64,000 nt of DNA, taken from an uncultured delta proteobacterium (lineage in GTDB: Bacteria; Desulfobacterota; Syntrophorhabdia; Syntrophorhabdales; WCHB1-27). The notes under the pieces were generated by a model. The model was not told the DNA's origin. It saw only the letters and a list, made by a program, of their open reading frames with translations, and did no database searches. Position numbers and translations under genes: made by a program. This document shows positions 59,566 through 64,000 of the stretch, piece after piece. The stretch spans positions 256,001 to 320,000 of the forward strand of contig CAWEPK010000007.1 of the NCBI GenBank assembly GCA_963810935.1, written 5' to 3'. Positions within the stretch are counted from its first letter, which is position 1, and the number at the start of each line of letters is the position of its first letter.

Positions 59566-61728
59566 ATGCCGTGGGGTAAACCCATATCACTGAGGAGGTG
59601 TCTGGTGTTTCAGAGGGGTAAATCAGGTGTAATCTGTTTTCTGCTTTTTCTTTGCCTGGCGACGCTTGCCGGCTGTGGAGGCGGCGGCTCGGGCTCTTCG
59701 ATTCCATCCCCCTCTCCGTCGCCTCCCGTGCCGCCCCCTATGCCCGTTTACGCCCGCTTTGCCTACGCGGTCAATGCCGGCGACAATACACTCTCCGTGT
59801 TCGTCGTCGATTCATCATCGGGCAGGCTGCGCCAGAACGGCTATGTGAGCACCGGGGCGGGGCCCAGGTCGGTAACCGTCACGCCTTCCGGCCAATTTGT
59901 CTATGTGGGGAACTTTACCGACAACTCGATTTCCAGCTTCAGCGCAGACCCGACCACCGGTCGCCTCACGTCCACCAGCTCGACTGCGAGCACGGGAGGC
60001 GGTCCGATATCAATCGCTGTAGACCCTTTCGGCCGGTTTGTTTACACGGCAAACTACGGCGACGATAATATCTCCGCCTTCAGGATCGACCAGTCCACAG
60101 GCTCGCTCGCCTCGGCCGGGACTACTGCCACCGGATCCTCGTCCGCCGTGGGGATCGTAGTCGATCCGGCGGGCAGGTGGCTCTATTTTGCGGAGTCAGC
60201 GAACAGGATATCGGTCTACGCCATCGACCAATCGTCAGGCAGCGTCAGCAAAACGAGCACGACGGCAACGACTTCAGCCCCCGTGAGTCTCGACGTAAGC
60301 GCTAACGGGAGCTTCGTCTACGTGATAGACAGCAGCGATAAAATCTCGTCATATGCCGTGGACCAGACGAGCGGCGCCTTAACACAGGTAGGGTCGTCCG
60401 TGACGACGGGAAATGGCGCGTCAGACGTTTCCGCAGACATGGCCGGGCATTTCGTCTTCGTAACGAACCAGGGGGACAATACGATCTCCATCTACCAGGT
60501 GGACCAGTCGACGGGCGCGCTCAGCTCAACAGGCACGGTAACAGCAACGGGGGGCGGGCCCGTATACATAACGATAGACCCGTCCGGCCAGTTCCTTTAC
60601 ACGGCGAACAGCACGGGGAACACGATCTCCGTCTTCTCCCTTAACCAGTCTTCCGGGGCGGTTGCTTCGACTGCGACGACTGCCGCCCGCTCGACCGTCT
60701 CCCAAATCGCCATTTCCTACGGCCCGACCGCCGTCGGCTACTCGTCTAAATTCGCCTACGCGACGAACATGTCCGACAACACCGTCTCCGCCTTTACCAT
60801 AGACCCGTCATCGGGGGCGCTGAGTGCGGCCGGCACGCCTGCATCTACGGGCAGCTCGCCTGAGGGAGTAGCTGTAGACCCCTTCGGGCGGTTCGCTTAT
60901 GTCGCGGCTTTTTCGTCCAATAACGTGACGGCCTACACGATCGACCCGTCGTCCGGCAGCCTCACTTCCGCCGGGTCCGTAGGAGGGGGAGGGGGGCCAA
61001 TGGCCGTGGCCGTGGACCCGTCCGGCAGGTTCGTCTATGCGACGAACTGGACGGGCGCCACGATCCAGGTCTATAGCATCGACCAGACGTCCGGCAGCCT
61101 CACTGCGGTCGGGACGCCTCTATCGACGGGGGCGCAGCCCGGCGGCATCGCGATAGACCCGGCAGGCCAATTCCTCTATGTGGCCAATTGCGGCTCGGCA
61201 TTCGTCTCGGCGTTCTCCATCAACAGGTCAACGGGCGCGCTTACCACTTTTGCGAGCATAACGGTTGGGAGGGGCTCCCGGGCTATTGCCTTCGAACCGT
61301 CCGGCCGGTTCCTCTATGTGGCGAACACTACCGACGGCAGCGTCTCGACCATTACGATTAACCGCTCCACGGGCTACTCGACAAGCGTCGTGACCTTATC
61401 CTATACGGGGGTTTTCGGTCTCACCACCGAACCCAGCGGGCGGTTCGTCTATGCCGTCAGCCAGTCGGCCAAGCTGGTCACGGCCTTCCTCATCAACCAG
61501 TCATCGGGGTCACTCAGCGTGATCGCCACGGCCCCCGCAGGCAACCAGCCCATGAACGCGGCGACCGACGCCACCGGCCAGTTCCTCTATGTGGCAAATG
61601 CCGGCGATAACAGTGTAGCCGCTTATACGATCGACCCGTCTTCGGGGGTGGTTAACCAGTCAGGGACGGCCACGGCGGCAGTTATCCGGCGTTCCTTGCG
61701 ACATCGACCAACATTCAGTAGCAGGTAA
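59566..61728 (+). CDS. Lipoprotein with two lactonase-type beta-propellers
   Basis: LAGC lipobox; about 14 blades of VDP(S/F)GRFVY.AN; probable indel in the last 20 codons. Confidence 0.88.
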   Translation: MPWGKPISLRRCLVFQRGKSGVICFLLFLCLATLAGCGGGGSGSSIPSPSPSPPVPPPMPVYARFAYAVNAGDNTLSVFVVDSSSGRLRQNGYVSTGAGPRSVTVTPSGQFVYVGNFTDNSISSFSADPTTGRLTSTSSTASTGGGPISIAVDPFGRFVYTANYGDDNISAFRIDQSTGSLASAGTTATGSSSAVGIVVDPAGRWLYFAESANRISVYAIDQSSGSVSKTSTTATTSAPVSLDVSANGSFVYVIDSSDKISSYAVDQTSGALTQVGSSVTTGNGASDVSADMAGHFVFVTNQGDNTISIYQVDQSTGALSSTGTVTATGGGPVYITIDPSGQFLYTANSTGNTISVFSLNQSSGAVASTATTAARSTVSQIAISYGPTAVGYSSKFAYATNMSDNTVSAFTIDPSSGALSAAGTPASTGSSPEGVAVDPFGRFAYVAAFSSNNVTAYTIDPSSGSLTSAGSVGGGGGPMAVAVDPSGRFVYATNWTGATIQVYSIDQTSGSLTAVGTPLSTGAQPGGIAIDPAGQFLYVANCGSAFVSAFSINRSTGALTTFASITVGRGSRAIAFEPSGRFLYVANTTDGSVSTITINRSTGYSTSVVTLSYTGVFGLTTEPSGRFVYAVSQSAKLVTAFLINQSSGSLSVIATAPAGNQPMNAATDATGQFLYVANAGDNSVAAYTIDPSSGVVNQSGTATAAVIRRSLRHRPTFSSR

Positions 61729-61742
61729 AACAGCCATCGGCT

Positions 61743-61779
61743 ATAAGGCCGGACCCGAAGGAAGCAGGTCCGGCCTTAT
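61743..61779. terminator. Hairpin/terminator
   Basis: ATAAGGCCGGACC-N11-GGTCCGGCCTTAT. Confidence 0.7.
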
Positions 61780-62061
61780 GCTATTCACAAAGGATTTACC
61801 GGGCTGTCCAAGTCCGGCATGACGAAGGGCAGTAATACCCCTCTGCTTGCTGCGGGGTAGTTTATTTCCAGCGGGGCGCTTGCCATTCTTTGCTTCCGAT
61901 TGGCAAAGGGAGTCAATCTGTTTTGGAATCTACATCGGGGAAGGGCTATAGAACTGGAACTGTGACAAGTCGACCCACGGGCACTACACTACGGCAAACA
62001 ATGTTCCGGCATGTCTCTTGCTGTAATTTTGGTTGTTGACAATATATATCGGGTCATAACG

Positions 62062-62532
62062 ATGAGAAACGCAATCCACTTCTTGCTTATCTTTGTCGTT
62101 TTGTGCGCGTCAGCCCTTGTTTTGCCTAAGCCGGGCGGCGCTGCGTTAGGCCGCTCCGCCGACTCCGTAGAGGCCGACAGGACCGCGCTTTCCGGTGTCG
62201 GGGGCGCCGTCACTGTCGGAAACGGTTACAGTGTTCACCAGATCAACTACGGTGGAACAGCCGTGCGGGAATATGTTTCCTCGGACGGCACGGTATTCGC
62301 CGTTGCCTGGAACGGAACCAGACATCCCGACCTCTCGGTTCTCCTGGGAAGCTACGCGGGGAGCTACGAGCAAGTGCTGCGGGGAACGATCCACCAGCCC
62401 GGGGTGAGGCATCTCTCGCTCAAAGCGGACGGTGTTGTTGTTCAAAAATGGGGCCATGTACGAAACTTGCGTGGACGCGCATACGTCCCGGCCCTGATTC
62501 CTGAGGGTGTATCGACAGATGAGATCAGGTAA
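62062..62532 (+). CDS. DUF2844 family protein
   Basis: A-ALG, VREYVSSDGTVFAVAWNG..PDLSVLLGSY, GHVR, GRAYVPALIP. Confidence 0.85.
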   Translation: MRNAIHFLLIFVVLCASALVLPKPGGAALGRSADSVEADRTALSGVGGAVTVGNGYSVHQINYGGTAVREYVSSDGTVFAVAWNGTRHPDLSVLLGSYAGSYEQVLRGTIHQPGVRHLSLKADGVVVQKWGHVRNLRGRAYVPALIPEGVSTDEIR

Positions 62533-63757
62533 GCTGCTGGTACTTTTACTGGTATTTGCCATGGCGGCCCACTGCGGAGGCGGGGGAGGCGGCGGCTCGT
62601 CGCCGGAGGGCTCTTCCGGAAGTCTGTCCGGTACTCCCGTCAGCCTTCCGAACGGCCCCACCCTTCCAACCATAACGGGCAACAACGTGCTGACGATTAG
62701 CGTAGGGGGGCCTTCATCCTATGCCAACGAGCCGACCGTCAGCTTGACAGTCTGCGATCCAAACGGCAACAACTGCCAGACGATCGACAATATACTGCTC
62801 GACTCGGGGGACTATGGAGTCCGTATTTTCGGCCAGGTCCTCAACTCGTCCCTTGCTGCCGCCATGACGCAGGTGGAGGTAAATTCCCTCCCCCTCTATG
62901 AATGTATCGAGTACGGAGACGGCTCTGCTGTCTGGGGGCCGGTCAAGTCAGGGCAGGTGACCCTGGGACGCGAGCAGCCCGTCGCTATCCCGATTCATGT
63001 CGTTGGCCCCGCCTCTTTTAACTCCTCCTCGATTTGCCGGGGATCACCGCTCCTTACAACGCCGGGCGATGCCCAATACAATGGCGCGCTTGGCGTAGGT
63101 CTCTTTAGCAACGACTGCGGTAGTCTATGCGCAACCAGCGCCAGGAACGGGCTCTATTTCACGTGCACCGGCTCGTCATGCGCGGGAACGACCGTCCCTA
63201 CCCAAAGCCAGATCCGAAACGCGGTCTCCGCGCTTCCCACCGACAACAACGGCGTACTGGTGAGTTTCCCGAGCATACCCCTGGCCGGCGCTCCCTCGGC
63301 TAGCGGCTACCTTATCCTCGGGATCGGCACGCAGTCAAACAACAGCCCTTCGGGGGTCGTAGCTTATCCCGCAAACCCGAGTGATGGAGACTTTACCACA
63401 AACTACAACGGGGCAAACTACAGTGCTTTTCTCGATACGGGCTCGAACGGATTGTTCTTTCCATCAAGCCAAATCGCCACCGTGGATGGCGGTCAGTGGT
63501 ACAATCCGTCCTCGCTCCTCACTCTCTCAGCTACGAACACGGGGTACAACTCAGCACAGTCCGGACAGGTACAATTCCAGGTGGGCAGCTACAATGCCCT
63601 CATGGCAACGTCGAACAACGTTTTTTGTGATCTGGCAGGACCCGGTTCAGACGGCTATTTTGACTGGGGACTTCCCTTCTTCCTCGGGAGGAACATCTAT
63701 ATAGGCATCGAAAGCGCCACATCCACCCTTGGTACGGGACCGTACTGGGCTTACTGA
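62519..63757 (+). CDS. DUF3443 family lipoprotein
   Basis: NEPTVSLTVC...CQTIDNILLDSG, DNNGV, GIGTQSNN, FLDTGSNG, FDWGLPFFLGR; canonical partner of DUF2844. Confidence 0.88.
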   Translation: MRSGKLLVLLLVFAMAAHCGGGGGGGSSPEGSSGSLSGTPVSLPNGPTLPTITGNNVLTISVGGPSSYANEPTVSLTVCDPNGNNCQTIDNILLDSGDYGVRIFGQVLNSSLAAAMTQVEVNSLPLYECIEYGDGSAVWGPVKSGQVTLGREQPVAIPIHVVGPASFNSSSICRGSPLLTTPGDAQYNGALGVGLFSNDCGSLCATSARNGLYFTCTGSSCAGTTVPTQSQIRNAVSALPTDNNGVLVSFPSIPLAGAPSASGYLILGIGTQSNNSPSGVVAYPANPSDGDFTTNYNGANYSAFLDTGSNGLFFPSSQIATVDGGQWYNPSSLLTLSATNTGYNSAQSGQVQFQVGSYNALMATSNNVFCDLAGPGSDGYFDWGLPFFLGRNIYIGIESATSTLGTGPYWAY

Positions 63758-63769
63758 CGGGGAACGGCC

Positions 63770-63882
63770 GGGGTCAGCCCTTGACAAGGCACAACGCACA
63801 TCTCTTATCTAAGGTGTGCAGACCTTCCCCATCGTTCCTCAAGCCTCAAGCCCGTTCTGTCCGTAGTCAAGGGCTGAGCCCC
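63770..63882. repeat. Short element with imperfect 16-bp inverted ends
   Basis: GGGGTCAGCCCTTGAC...GTCAAGGGCTGAGCCCC. Confidence 0.65.
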
Positions 63883-63933
63883 CATTACATGCTGTTCTTG
63901 TCACGTTAGTCAACTACGTCTCCCATTGTCTCG

Positions 63934-64000
63934 CAGGAAGGAGGGGAGGGGCACTGAGCAAGGCGGATTATTGAAGATTATATCCTGGCGGAAAATATGG
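63934..64000 (+). repeat. Direct repeat of 56529-56605 (runs off the window)
   Basis: CAGGAAGGAGGGGAGGGGCA...GCAAGGCGGATTATTGAAGATTA...ATATGG in both. Confidence 0.85.

Noticed and set aside
61743..61779. SRP RNA (CCGAAGGAAGCAG)
   Set aside because: The motif is only the loop of a short perfect hairpin; the 5' CAGG strand and long stem are absent

Overview
GC-rich bacterial DNA. Gene content (molybdenum aldehyde oxidoreductase, TRAP transporter, UbiD/UbiX, PEP-CTERM-type surface proteins) suggests an anaerobic Desulfobacterota/Syntrophorhabdus-like organism; this is inference only. From left to right: a TIGR03790-like gene; a rearranged PNAG (pga) biofilm locus with two pgaB and two long pgaD-like genes, interrupted by a hydratase gene flanked by about 95-bp inverted repeats; a candidate stand-alone sRNA; a CTERM-sorted surface protein; an MCP; an AbiE toxin-antitoxin pair; a stripped lambdoid immunity/replication module; tandem secreted TPR paralogues; a prFMN (UbiD/UbiX) catabolic cluster with twin FadR regulators; a low-GC TetR/hydrolase cassette bracketed by inverted composite repeats; an exosortase-E/CAAX protease with a 56-aa PEID-CTERM micro-substrate missed by the ORF track; an M23/bactofilin operon with a structured leader; a low-GC Abi-alpha/DUF2971-like cassette cut by a TIR element; and propeller/DUF2844/DUF3443 genes. 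No rRNA, tRNA or CRISPR array was seen. Several genes have single-base indels that may be sequencing errors. Family names come from motif recognition, not database searches.
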